Shown here: one piece after another, positions 45,978-54,791 of the stretch | Position numbering within the stretch: the first letter of the stretch is position 1 | Layout: every line of letters starts with the position of its first letter | The notes under the pieces: model-generated | What the model saw: only the letters and a program-made list of their open reading frames with translations | Told to the model about the DNA's origin: nothing | Databases searched by the model: none | From: an uncultured Clostridia bacterium | GTDB taxonomy: Bacteria > Bacillota > Clostridia > Christensenellales > CAG-138 | NCBI GenBank assembly: GCA_946614035.1 | Contig: CAMOGJ010000007.1 | Coordinates: 1,866 to 65,865, forward strand | Length of the DNA stretch: 64,000 nt | Reading direction: 5' to 3' | Program-made: the position numbers and the translations under genes

Positions 45978-47486
45978 ATGAAAAAACGATTCCTTTGTCT
46001 GTTGCTGTCCCTTTTGTCCTTTGCGTGTGCTGCGCCGGACGCGATCGAGCTGCCGCCGCAGGCTTTGCCGACTATATCGGCGGCGGAAGAAACGATCGAT
46101 GCGCTCCCTGCCGACGCGCAGGCGCCCGTCTCTTTGACCGAAGCGCCGACCGAGGCACCGAGCGCAGCGCCGATGAACGTGACGAACGAATACGCTTCCT
46201 ATGAAATCGAAGCGCCCACTTCCCCGCTGATCAAGGACGTCACCTTGAAAGAGCTCGACTGGGCGAATCTTCTCGCTGGCAAACAGTATCATACGAAGTT
46301 CTACAATGAAAGTGTCGATTTTCAGCAATTCCGATACACGGTAGAAGCGTTCCGTTCGGACGGGACCGGCACGGCTTTTACAATTCATGTGCAGTTTCCC
46401 GCCGCATGGACCGATCTCCAATGCCTGTCGATGAACCAATACATCGGCTTCCGATTTTACCTTGACGGCAAGGCACAGCACGATTTTCGGCTGACCGACC
46501 AATCCGTGATCCTTTCGGAAGCGCTGAGCAGCGCACGCTGCGACGATTTCACCATGACCTACACAAGCGAAGCGATCACCGACGAGGTCATGCATGGGTA
46601 TCACGAATGGTCAATCGTGCCGTTTTTCTGGCACTGGAAAGTCTTCAACGGCGATAAGTGGAACAACAAAAACGGCCGGACCTGGATCGACGTCACAAAC
46701 GGCGACTATTGCGAATACAACGGCGGGGAGATGGCCTATACCGGCGGCGAGATCGAGATCACGGAGCTTAAAGAGCTATCTTTGAAACTGCCGATCGAGC
46801 ACACGCATGAACCCGTTGAAACGCCGAAAGAGCCGAAGCTGTTGCAAGTGAGCATCTGGCGTGAGGATATCGAGCGCAACGAAAAGGAAGGACATTACGG
46901 ATCGGACGGACGACTGAAAGACGGGTCGTATGTGGTTTACGGGACATGGCAGAATGTGACCGTCGATTTTTCGGAGTTAGAGATTTACGTCGAACGATTC
47001 TATTATTGGGAGCACGGATTCTTCTATCTGTTTCACATTGTCTATCCCGAATCATGGTCGGAGGAGGTGCGCAGAAACGTTCGGATCGACATTCGCACGT
47101 ATGCCGACGGCGAGCCGTTCGGGGAAGCGCTTGACAACAAGGGACATATCCGCTGGTATATCACATATGGAGGCGCGTCCAACTGGCGCAATGTAGGCAA
47201 TCCGAACAACAATGCGCCGTACCCGACGGAGATTTACTGTTTTGCCGATTCGCGCCGGTTTTCGCTGATAAACCCGATCGAACAAAAGGAGCTGACAAGC
47301 AAAGTAACGCTTGAATACCACACAACGATCCGATTCGATAACAGCAATCAGGAGATCGATCTCACAAACGGTGAACCGTATTACATCGAGTCCATCCATG
47401 CATACTCGCAGGAAGCAAGAATTCCATTGACAGAGTTTACGATCATGACCGACACGCTCACGCTTTCGCAGGGAGGTGCCCAATGA
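45978..47486 (+). CDS. Hypothetical lipoprotein with two tandem homologous domains
   Basis: Lipobox-like LSFAC; AGAGGTG RBS; internal repeat of N.(S/T)VDF...VE.F...H...P..W...Y.DG...ID(V/L)TNG. Confidence 0.7.
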   Translation: MKKRFLCLLLSLLSFACAAPDAIELPPQALPTISAAEETIDALPADAQAPVSLTEAPTEAPSAAPMNVTNEYASYEIEAPTSPLIKDVTLKELDWANLLAGKQYHTKFYNESVDFQQFRYTVEAFRSDGTGTAFTIHVQFPAAWTDLQCLSMNQYIGFRFYLDGKAQHDFRLTDQSVILSEALSSARCDDFTMTYTSEAITDEVMHGYHEWSIVPFFWHWKVFNGDKWNNKNGRTWIDVTNGDYCEYNGGEMAYTGGEIEITELKELSLKLPIEHTHEPVETPKEPKLLQVSIWREDIERNEKEGHYGSDGRLKDGSYVVYGTWQNVTVDFSELEIYVERFYYWEHGFFYLFHIVYPESWSEEVRRNVRIDIRTYADGEPFGEALDNKGHIRWYITYGGASNWRNVGNPNNNAPYPTEIYCFADSRRFSLINPIEQKELTSKVTLEYHTTIRFDNSNQEIDLTNGEPYYIESIHAYSQEARIPLTEFTIMTDTLTLSQGGAQ

Positions 47487-48835
47487 AACGGATATTTTTT
47501 CTGCTCCTCTCCCTCGTCCTTTTGCTTGCCTGTGTTCCGACGCCGGATCATGAGGCGGTTGTGAACAAATCGGACAACGCCATGCAGCAGGCGCTCACCG
47601 CGCCGAAATCCGACGTCAACCGTTATGAAGCGCCTGCACATTGGGACGAAACGATCGAAATGAAGAATCTCGCCATTCGATTCGATGCAGATATCGAACT
47701 GCCGGACGGCGACGTTTATCCGGTGCAGACGATCCGACGGCACGAATTCACGCCGCAGGATGCAATCAACCTTTTGAACGCGTGCTTTACGGGACCGTTC
47801 GAGCTGCGCGAAAACATATCCAGCATGGCGGAGCTCGACGAGGACATCCGCTTTGCGCTGCGCGGCAACTGGACGGAAGACGACGACGGAACGATCGGAT
47901 GGATTCCGCCGGACGGCGACAGCGAGGAGCTTCAGGAGCTTCGCGAGCAGATGGCGCAATGCCCCGCCGAGGACGTGTTTGTCCCGCTGACGGCGGACCG
48001 TCTCACATACCGAAATCTGCCCTATGCGGTGCGTACGGCGGACGGAACGCTGATCTACATGAAGCTTCAAAAGCGTGCGCTGACGCTGCAAACGTCCCGC
48101 AAGAGCGAAATACAGGATGAAACGATCGTCTGGCAGGGCGGATACATCGGTGAACAGCGCGGCAATACGCTCGACGATATCCCGATCTCCGAACAGGACG
48201 CAATCAGCATCGGCAATGCGTTTCTCGATCGCGCGGGATTGGCCAATCAGTTCGGCATCGGGCTTGCGGTCAAGGCGAGGCATACGGTCCCGATCGTCGA
48301 AGAGCCGTACTTTGATGTTCTGTCAACCGGCTACATCCTGCGCATTGCGCGAAACGGCGGCGGCTATATCCCGATCCCGCAGGGCGGCGGGTACTATCAC
48401 GAGGACAATCTCAGCGCGCTTTCCGAGCGGGATGAGATCGAGTACTCGATGGGATGGAAAACGGATTGGATCGAGGTCTATGTGTCCGAACACGGGATCG
48501 AATCGGTAGGCTGGTACGACCCCAACGAATATGTGATGGAAGCGAGCGAAAACGTGCAACTGATGCCGTTTGACGAGATACAGCAGCATATCCGGGAGGA
48601 TTTCAGGTTCAGCTATGCGTGGGCGGAAGACACCGCCCGACGGATCAAAGCGCTGACGATCGACCGCATTGTACTGTCATGCGCGATCGATCAGCTTGCA
48701 AATCAGCCGGACGAGGCGGTTCTCGTGCCTGCCTGGGTGATCCTCTATCGATCCGATCAATCCGAACTCGCGCACGATCACGAAAAGCTGATGGTCATCA
48801 ACGCGATCGATGGCAGCTATCTGCATGTCAACTGA
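47483..48835 (+). CDS. DUF6034-like lipoprotein
   Basis: Lipobox LLAC followed by .PTP...AVVNK; C-terminal ENVQLMPFDEI...LVPAW...VINAIDGS. Confidence 0.7.
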   Translation: MKRIFFLLLSLVLLLACVPTPDHEAVVNKSDNAMQQALTAPKSDVNRYEAPAHWDETIEMKNLAIRFDADIELPDGDVYPVQTIRRHEFTPQDAINLLNACFTGPFELRENISSMAELDEDIRFALRGNWTEDDDGTIGWIPPDGDSEELQELREQMAQCPAEDVFVPLTADRLTYRNLPYAVRTADGTLIYMKLQKRALTLQTSRKSEIQDETIVWQGGYIGEQRGNTLDDIPISEQDAISIGNAFLDRAGLANQFGIGLAVKARHTVPIVEEPYFDVLSTGYILRIARNGGGYIPIPQGGGYYHEDNLSALSERDEIEYSMGWKTDWIEVYVSEHGIESVGWYDPNEYVMEASENVQLMPFDEIQQHIREDFRFSYAWAEDTARRIKALTIDRIVLSCAIDQLANQPDEAVLVPAWVILYRSDQSELAHDHEKLMVINAIDGSYLHVN

Positions 48836-48836
48836 T

Positions 48837-48875
48837 AAAAAAGCCCGCCGACCGGCAACCGGTTGACGGGCAATT
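48837..48875. terminator. Probable bidirectional terminator
   Basis: A-tract plus GCCCG..ACCGG-CAA-CCGGT..CGGGC hairpin between convergent genes. Confidence 0.6.
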
Positions 48876-48886
48876 TCGTTTTTGTG

Positions 48887-49096
48887 TTACTTGCGCACTG
48901 CGGCGATCTGCAGCAGCACCGCAGAAAGCAGTCCGAGGATCGGGACGGCGATGAACGCCCAGTCCGCGAACAGCACGTTGTCGGAAATCTCAAACGGCAG
49001 CGAGACGAACTGCGAAACGAGCAGGAGCACCAGATACACGCCGGACACGATCACGCCGAGCAGCGCGATAAGCTTTACAAAGAAATGGTTTTTCAT
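48887..49096 (-). CDS. Small 2-TM membrane protein
   Basis: GGAGG RBS; paralog of 27307..27555 (IVS..YL; P.L.L.S..LLQI.A). Confidence 0.7.
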   Translation of the reverse strand: MKNHFFVKLIALLGVIVSGVYLVLLLVSQFVSLPFEISDNVLFADWAFIAVPILGLLSAVLLQIAAVRK

Positions 49097-49107
49097 GGCT
49101 CTCCTCC

Positions 49108-50502
49108 TCAGTCCACGATCGCGATCACGTCGCCGGTCGTGCGGTTATTGTGTCCGAACAGCTTTTCGTTCCAGTACATGCCCGACGACTGTCCGCCGTC
49201 GAGGTTGTATGCCGCCGTCATGCCGAGCGATGCGCACAGCTTCGACATTTCGACGAACGTCATGCCCGGCGATTTGCCCGCGCCGAGTCCGTTGCCGTTG
49301 ATATCCTTCATATTGCGCGTGCCGGCGATGCTGATGAACGCATAGTGACCCGGCTCATAGTAGCCGAACGCGGTGCGCGGGTTCTCGCCGCCGACGGTGG
49401 AATTGAATTTCTCCTTCGCGTTGCCGTTCTCGTCGAGCAGCGACGGTCCGAAGTAGAATGAATGGTACGGATACGATGCGATGATTGCGTCGTTGTCGAT
49501 CTTCTCCTTCTTGCAGTCGAAGCAGCGTACCGTGCCGTCCTGATACACGACGCACAGGTCGGAGTTCTTGCATTGCTTGGACTGCAGCAGCATACCGTTG
49601 CGGATGATCAGCCCCTCGTTGATCGCGTTCGTCGTGAAATAGTCCGAGTTGATCGCAATGCGCGCGTTCAGGTCCCTTGCGTACTCATAGATCATCTTGC
49701 CGTAGGCCTGGTTCGTCACGCTTTCGGTCGTCAGCTTTTCGATCTCGCGCACGTACACGTCGGCGATCTGATACTCCAGCTTTCCCTTTTGATAGTGATA
49801 GAGCTCAACCGCGGATTTCTGCCCGCGATAGACGTAGATCAGCGTTTTAACCGTGCCGTCCTCGAGCGTTTCGCTCGTGTTCGGCTCCTCGACGACCGGA
49901 TCGCCGTCGGAGAACTTCTCCTTGTAGCGATCGCCCAGAAGCCCCGGGATCGGTGTCGGCGCGGGTTCTTCCGTCGGCTTCGGCGTCGTTGCATCGGCGG
50001 ATGCGGACGCATCCGTCCCCTGCGGCGTTTCGTTCGCAGCAGGCGTGACGGAGACGACAACCGTATCTTCGCTTTCGGTCGTCGGCTGCGGCTCCTTGGG
50101 CGGAAGCGTTGCAAGCGTTGTGATCTGATCCTGCTTGATCTCGCGGATGTGCAGCCAGTCGAACGAATACGTGTTGACCGTCATTGCGAACGCGCCGGCG
50201 AGCAGAACGTCGGCGATCAGGATGCCGATCAAGCGTTTTTTGTTGAACCGGTATTGACGAAACGCGCCGAGGCGGAACAGAATCAGGTACAGAATGCCCG
50301 TGATCAGCACAAGACCCGCAAGGATCAGGTGCAGGTGTTCGGTGAGAAAGAAGGTCGAATGCACGACGAAGTGCAGACCCGGGTTGAAATGGTCGAGGAT
50401 ATAGAACACGATGTAGTTTGCGCTCAAGATCCCCGTCAGGTTTGCGAGGATCGACGCAACCGTGCGCATCAGTTTCCAATTGCGTTTGTTCGGTTGATTC
50501 AT
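49108..50502 (-). CDS. Membrane-anchored phosphodiester glycosidase (NAGPA/DUF2233) family protein
   Basis: Close paralog of 25846..27294: ILDHFNP.LHF, IPGLLGDR, GKLEYQIAD, NPRT..GYYEPGHY, AYNLDGG. Confidence 0.82.
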   Translation of the reverse strand: MNQPNKRNWKLMRTVASILANLTGILSANYIVFYILDHFNPGLHFVVHSTFFLTEHLHLILAGLVLITGILYLILFRLGAFRQYRFNKKRLIGILIADVLLAGAFAMTVNTYSFDWLHIREIKQDQITTLATLPPKEPQPTTESEDTVVVSVTPAANETPQGTDASASADATTPKPTEEPAPTPIPGLLGDRYKEKFSDGDPVVEEPNTSETLEDGTVKTLIYVYRGQKSAVELYHYQKGKLEYQIADVYVREIEKLTTESVTNQAYGKMIYEYARDLNARIAINSDYFTTNAINEGLIIRNGMLLQSKQCKNSDLCVVYQDGTVRCFDCKKEKIDNDAIIASYPYHSFYFGPSLLDENGNAKEKFNSTVGGENPRTAFGYYEPGHYAFISIAGTRNMKDINGNGLGAGKSPGMTFVEMSKLCASLGMTAAYNLDGGQSSGMYWNEKLFGHNNRTTGDVIAIVD

Positions 50503-50589
50503 TGGTACTCTCCGTTTATCGTTTGCGACAGTATAGCATGCGTATTTGAAGATTCTGTGACCGAGTTGTAAGGAACGCGTAAAATCGCG

Positions 50590-52752
50590 CTAAATCGCAA
50601 GCAGAATCCATTTGACAAGGAACCGCTTGATCGGCGATTCGCGATACAGGGTATCCTGCACCTTGCGCACCTTTGCAAAGAGAAGCTTGCGCGTTTCGGT
50701 CATGTCATGGTCGGAAAAGACCGCCTCCTCCGCCCACTCCTGCGCGTGCGGATCGGGCGCGACGCCGAACCGTTCGAGCCGCTTCAAATACCGAAGCATC
50801 CGCAGAACGCCTTGCTTTGCGTTCTTTTGGCGGAATAGATTCCTGCGCCGTGTGCGGATCAGCATGCCGACGCCGACCCATGCTGCAGGCAGCAGCGGAA
50901 GGAGCAGCAGCAACAGCCACCACGGACTGACGTGTGTTTCGTGCACCGTGATTGTGTTCGGTTCGCCGATGATCTGCGGCTTCGTCGTCGTTTGCGCATC
51001 CGCGCTCGGAACCGGCACCGCCGTGCTGTCCGGCGTTCCGACGGGCGCGGTCGCCTGCGGCGTTTCGGTCGGCTCCGGCGTCACGGGGACGGCCGGTGCA
51101 ACAGTTGCCTGCGGCGTCGAATGCTGCTGCGGCTCGGACACGCCAAGAAGATCGAAGGAAAATCCCGCGGTGCTCTCGATCGGAACCCAGCCCACGCCTG
51201 CAAGATAGACCTCCGTCCATGCGTGCGCAGTCTGTTCGGTCACGTCGAACCACGCGTTTTCCGACGTCGCGTTCGCTCGATACCCGATCGTATAGCGCGC
51301 CGGAACATCCAGCGCCTGCAGCAGTGCGGTCGTTGCACTTGCAAAATGCACGCAGTAGCCCTTGTGCCCTTCGGTGAGGAAGTACTCAATCATGTCGCGT
51401 CCGTCCGGCGCGGCGCCGGGCGTGAGCGAATACGCGCCGGATTGCCGCACAAATGCCGCAACGGATAACGCCGTCTGATACGCACTTCCGCTCGTTTCGA
51501 TGCCGGCATCCCGCGCGATCGAAACAAGCAGTTCCCGGAACGGACCGTCCGGCATCGTGTATGCCTGCTCGACAAAGTCCAGATATTCGCGTTCCTCGTC
51601 CGATACCGTGCGCGCCGTCAAGTCGACCGTCGTTGCAAAGGTCCAGTCATAGGATGTTTTTCCCGAAGCGCGGACGGATGATTCATCCATTTTCAGATCC
51701 GGATCCGCCTTGAACCCGTACGGTACGTAGCGCTCGCCGGAAAACGCATCCTTGACGGACAGCTGCGCCGTTGCCGTCGCATGTGTACCGAGCGCTTCCA
51801 TCGCGCGCCAGTCGCCGGTAAACGCCTCCGCTTCCTGCCATGTGCCGTCGACATACTGCCCGTACGAATGCGTGCGCAGCAGATATGCGCCGCGTCTGGA
51901 AACGCGGATCGAAAATGCCTTGTCGTCGCGCTCTTTGCGCTCATCCTCCTTGTTCAGATGATACTGTTTGGGATTTCTGCGAACGAGCGACAGAATCATA
52001 TCGCCCAGCTCCTCCACGCGGTCGCCGAGCATTTCTTTGCGCTGTTCAAACGGGATCGGCGTGAACCGGCTTTGCGGCGAGGCGACCCTCAGCAGGAGCG
52101 CAAAAATCAGCATTGCCGGAAGCATCGCAACGAGGTACCAGCCGAGCCGGTGCGAATCGCCTCTGCGCACGCCCTGTCCGAGCAGCGAACCGCCGAAATA
52201 CACCATCAGCAGGATCACGACCCAGACCGCCGGCGGCTGATCCGTATAGATCAAGCTCAGCAAAAAGACCGGCAGCGGGATCAGTACCGACAACAGCGGC
52301 GTTTTGCCGCGAATCAGCGAAAACGCGCAGAGAATTCCGACGGCAGCCGCAAGCAGCAAAAGCGCGGTCGTGACGCCCGTTGCGATGTACGTAAAGTCCA
52401 TCCCCTCCGGCAGCATGGGCGCGGAAATGTCCGGGATGAATCGGAAATCCCGTGCAAGCGGTTCGGTCACCGTATGAGCAATCCAGCGCACACCGAACAG
52501 CACGTTTTTGCGCTCTAATACGCCGTAAATGACCGTGCCGAGCAGGTACACAAAGCCAGGCGCGACACCGCCGCGCGGCAGATGCATCCAGCCGGAGAGC
52601 AGCAGCGCGCCGATACCGCAGCCGAGCGCCACGATCCACCGGTGGAATGGGATCGAAAACGCGGTCGGCACCGCGCATGCGCACGCAAGCATGCCGCATG
52701 CGATGATCGCCGCGTCGCCGACGATTTTCAGAAAACCGTTCCAGCGCTTCAT
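50590..52752 (-). CDS. Multi-TM transglutaminase-like domain protein
   Basis: N-terminal TM helices; KGYCVHFASA, AHAWTEVY, GWVPIEST. Confidence 0.85.
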   Translation of the reverse strand: MKRWNGFLKIVGDAAIIACGMLACACAVPTAFSIPFHRWIVALGCGIGALLLSGWMHLPRGGVAPGFVYLLGTVIYGVLERKNVLFGVRWIAHTVTEPLARDFRFIPDISAPMLPEGMDFTYIATGVTTALLLLAAAVGILCAFSLIRGKTPLLSVLIPLPVFLLSLIYTDQPPAVWVVILLMVYFGGSLLGQGVRRGDSHRLGWYLVAMLPAMLIFALLLRVASPQSRFTPIPFEQRKEMLGDRVEELGDMILSLVRRNPKQYHLNKEDERKERDDKAFSIRVSRRGAYLLRTHSYGQYVDGTWQEAEAFTGDWRAMEALGTHATATAQLSVKDAFSGERYVPYGFKADPDLKMDESSVRASGKTSYDWTFATTVDLTARTVSDEEREYLDFVEQAYTMPDGPFRELLVSIARDAGIETSGSAYQTALSVAAFVRQSGAYSLTPGAAPDGRDMIEYFLTEGHKGYCVHFASATTALLQALDVPARYTIGYRANATSENAWFDVTEQTAHAWTEVYLAGVGWVPIESTAGFSFDLLGVSEPQQHSTPQATVAPAVPVTPEPTETPQATAPVGTPDSTAVPVPSADAQTTTKPQIIGEPNTITVHETHVSPWWLLLLLLPLLPAAWVGVGMLIRTRRRNLFRQKNAKQGVLRMLRYLKRLERFGVAPDPHAQEWAEEAVFSDHDMTETRKLLFAKVRKVQDTLYRESPIKRFLVKWILLAI

Positions 52753-53702
52753 GACCGCACCTCCCTGTTCGGAACGATCCGATACACCAGCGTGTCGTTT
52801 CCGGCGAGCACCGGCAGCGCCTGTTCCTCTCGCATCGGTTCGGACAGAACGGTCTTTAAGAAGCGCTCGAACTCGCCGCCCGAACGAATCATCTGCGACT
52901 GCATGCCGAAGTGCAGCAGATACGGTATGTTGTTTTTACAAAGCTGATCGGACAGATAGGAAAGCTGCTCCATCACGCTCTGCTGCTCCGTATAGTCCTT
53001 CGGGAGGTTCACCGAAAGCACGATGTTCTTTCGCACGAGCAGCTGCGGCTCGCGCACGATCGGCTCGTCGTACTTTTCGGACAGCTTCCAGTGGATCAGA
53101 TTGATCGCGTCTCCTTCGCGATACGGACGCAGTTCATGTTCCTCAGAGAATCCCTGCGGTTTCGGCTTTAAGATGCGATCGGACGGCTCGACCAGTTCCG
53201 GTTCCGGAATCGGCCGCTCCATGTCCGGCAGAACGGTCAGCGCGACCAAGCCCGAACGGCGGATCGGGATTGAGATCAATCCGAGATAATCGCAGGCGCG
53301 CGCCGAACGGATCCGGTAGCGCATCGTGCCGAGACGCGATGTGTCCGGCGCAAAGCGGAGCGTATGTTTGGTCACGCCGTACAGGCGCAGTTTCTGCCTG
53401 CTCGGACGCGCATCCAAAAACAGGTTCTGCTGTTCGATATCGATCTTGTAAAGCTCCGGCGGCAGAAAGAATCCGCATTCGACCTCCAGCCGGATGCGCG
53501 CTGCACGCGTGCGGCAAACGTCCTCACCGCCGTTGATCGTGATCTTGGATGTAAGAATCGCAGGCAGACTGATCAGCACCGAAAACACGGGCAGAAACAG
53601 CACAAAGAGCAGTATGTAATGGGTTACATACTGCCCGTACGCAAAATGCATCATGGCGCTGCCCGCAAGGAGCAGTGCATATAGGATGCGCCTTGCTGTC
53701 AT
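52749..53702 (-). CDS. DUF58 domain protein
   Basis: EEHELRPYREGD...IHWKLS motif; lies between MoxR and the transglutaminase. Confidence 0.85.
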   Translation of the reverse strand: MTARRILYALLLAGSAMMHFAYGQYVTHYILLFVLFLPVFSVLISLPAILTSKITINGGEDVCRTRAARIRLEVECGFFLPPELYKIDIEQQNLFLDARPSRQKLRLYGVTKHTLRFAPDTSRLGTMRYRIRSARACDYLGLISIPIRRSGLVALTVLPDMERPIPEPELVEPSDRILKPKPQGFSEEHELRPYREGDAINLIHWKLSEKYDEPIVREPQLLVRKNIVLSVNLPKDYTEQQSVMEQLSYLSDQLCKNNIPYLLHFGMQSQMIRSGGEFERFLKTVLSEPMREEQALPVLAGNDTLVYRIVPNREVRS

Positions 53703-54631
53703 TGTCTTGCCGATGGCGCCGCGGTGCGTTCGAGGAGTTCTTCGACGAGCTTCTGTGCCGTGATGCCGGATGCCTTTGCCTCCGCGGTCAGGATCAGGCG
53801 GTGCGTGACCGTCGAAGGATAGATCAGCTTGACGTCGTTCGGGATCACATAGTCGCGTCCCTGCACCCACGCAGCCGCCTTCGCCATCGAAACGACAGCG
53901 AGCGTCGCGCGCGGGCTTGCGCCCTGCAGAATCGATTCGTGCGAGCGCGTGGCGTTCGACAGGCGAATCGTGTAGTCCAGAATTTTCTTATCGACAAAGG
54001 TGTTGTCGACGGCGCGGCGAATGTCCGCAAGTCCGTTGCGGTCCGCAATGCAGCGCACGTTGTCGAGCGGATTGCCCTTCTGCTTGCGTGTCAACAGCTC
54101 CAGCTCGTCCGCATGGCGCGGATAGCCGAGTGACAGTTTCACCATGAAGCGGTCGAGCTGCGAATCGGGCAGCAGCTGCGTACCGCTTGCGCCGACCGGG
54201 TTTTGCGTCGCGATGACGACGAACGGATCTGGAACCGGATGCGTGATGCCGTCGACCGTAACGTTGCCCTCCTCCATCGCCTCAAGGAGCGCGGACTGGG
54301 TGCGGCTCGTCGCGCGGTTCAGCTCGTCCGCAAGGAACAGATTGCACAGGATCGCGCCGGGCTTATAGATCATCTGTCCGTTTTCCTTATCGTAAAGCGA
54401 AAAACCGACAATATCGCTTGGCAGCACATCCGGCGTAAATTGGATGCGATGGTATTCGAGCCCGAGCGCCTTTGAGAACGCAAGCGCCATCGTCGTCTTG
54501 CCGACGCCGGGAATATCCTCGAGCAGAATATGACCGCGTGCGAGGATCGCAAGCAGCGCCATGATCAGAACATTGTCCTTGCCGACGACCGCTTTCTTCA
54601 ATTCATACAGTATGGATTTCGGATCGTTCAT
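53699..54631 (-). CDS. moxR: MoxR family AAA+ ATPase
   Basis: EDIPGVGKT, RIQFTPDVLPSD, ADELNRA, ATQNP, LPDSQLDRF, GASPR. Confidence 0.93.
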   Translation of the reverse strand: MNDPKSILYELKKAVVGKDNVLIMALLAILARGHILLEDIPGVGKTTMALAFSKALGLEYHRIQFTPDVLPSDIVGFSLYDKENGQMIYKPGAILCNLFLADELNRATSRTQSALLEAMEEGNVTVDGITHPVPDPFVVIATQNPVGASGTQLLPDSQLDRFMVKLSLGYPRHADELELLTRKQKGNPLDNVRCIADRNGLADIRRAVDNTFVDKKILDYTIRLSNATRSHESILQGASPRATLAVVSMAKAAAWVQGRDYVIPNDVKLIYPSTVTHRLILTAEAKASGITAQKLVEELLERTAAPSARQ

Positions 54632-54749
54632 GTGTGTCTCCCCATTCAGTCAATTCCCTATGCCTCTATCATAACGCAAAGATGCGTCCGAATTGTGTAC
54701 AAAGTGCAACGTTTTTACCGTTTCCGGTAATTTTTTCCGCAATAATACG

Positions 54750-54781
54750 AAAACGGGCTGCTGCATAGCGCAACAGCCCGT
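54750..54781 (-). terminator. glgP terminator
   Basis: ACGGGCTG..CAGCCCGT hairpin followed by TTTT on the minus strand. Confidence 0.65.
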
Positions 54782-54791
54782 GAATGGTCCG

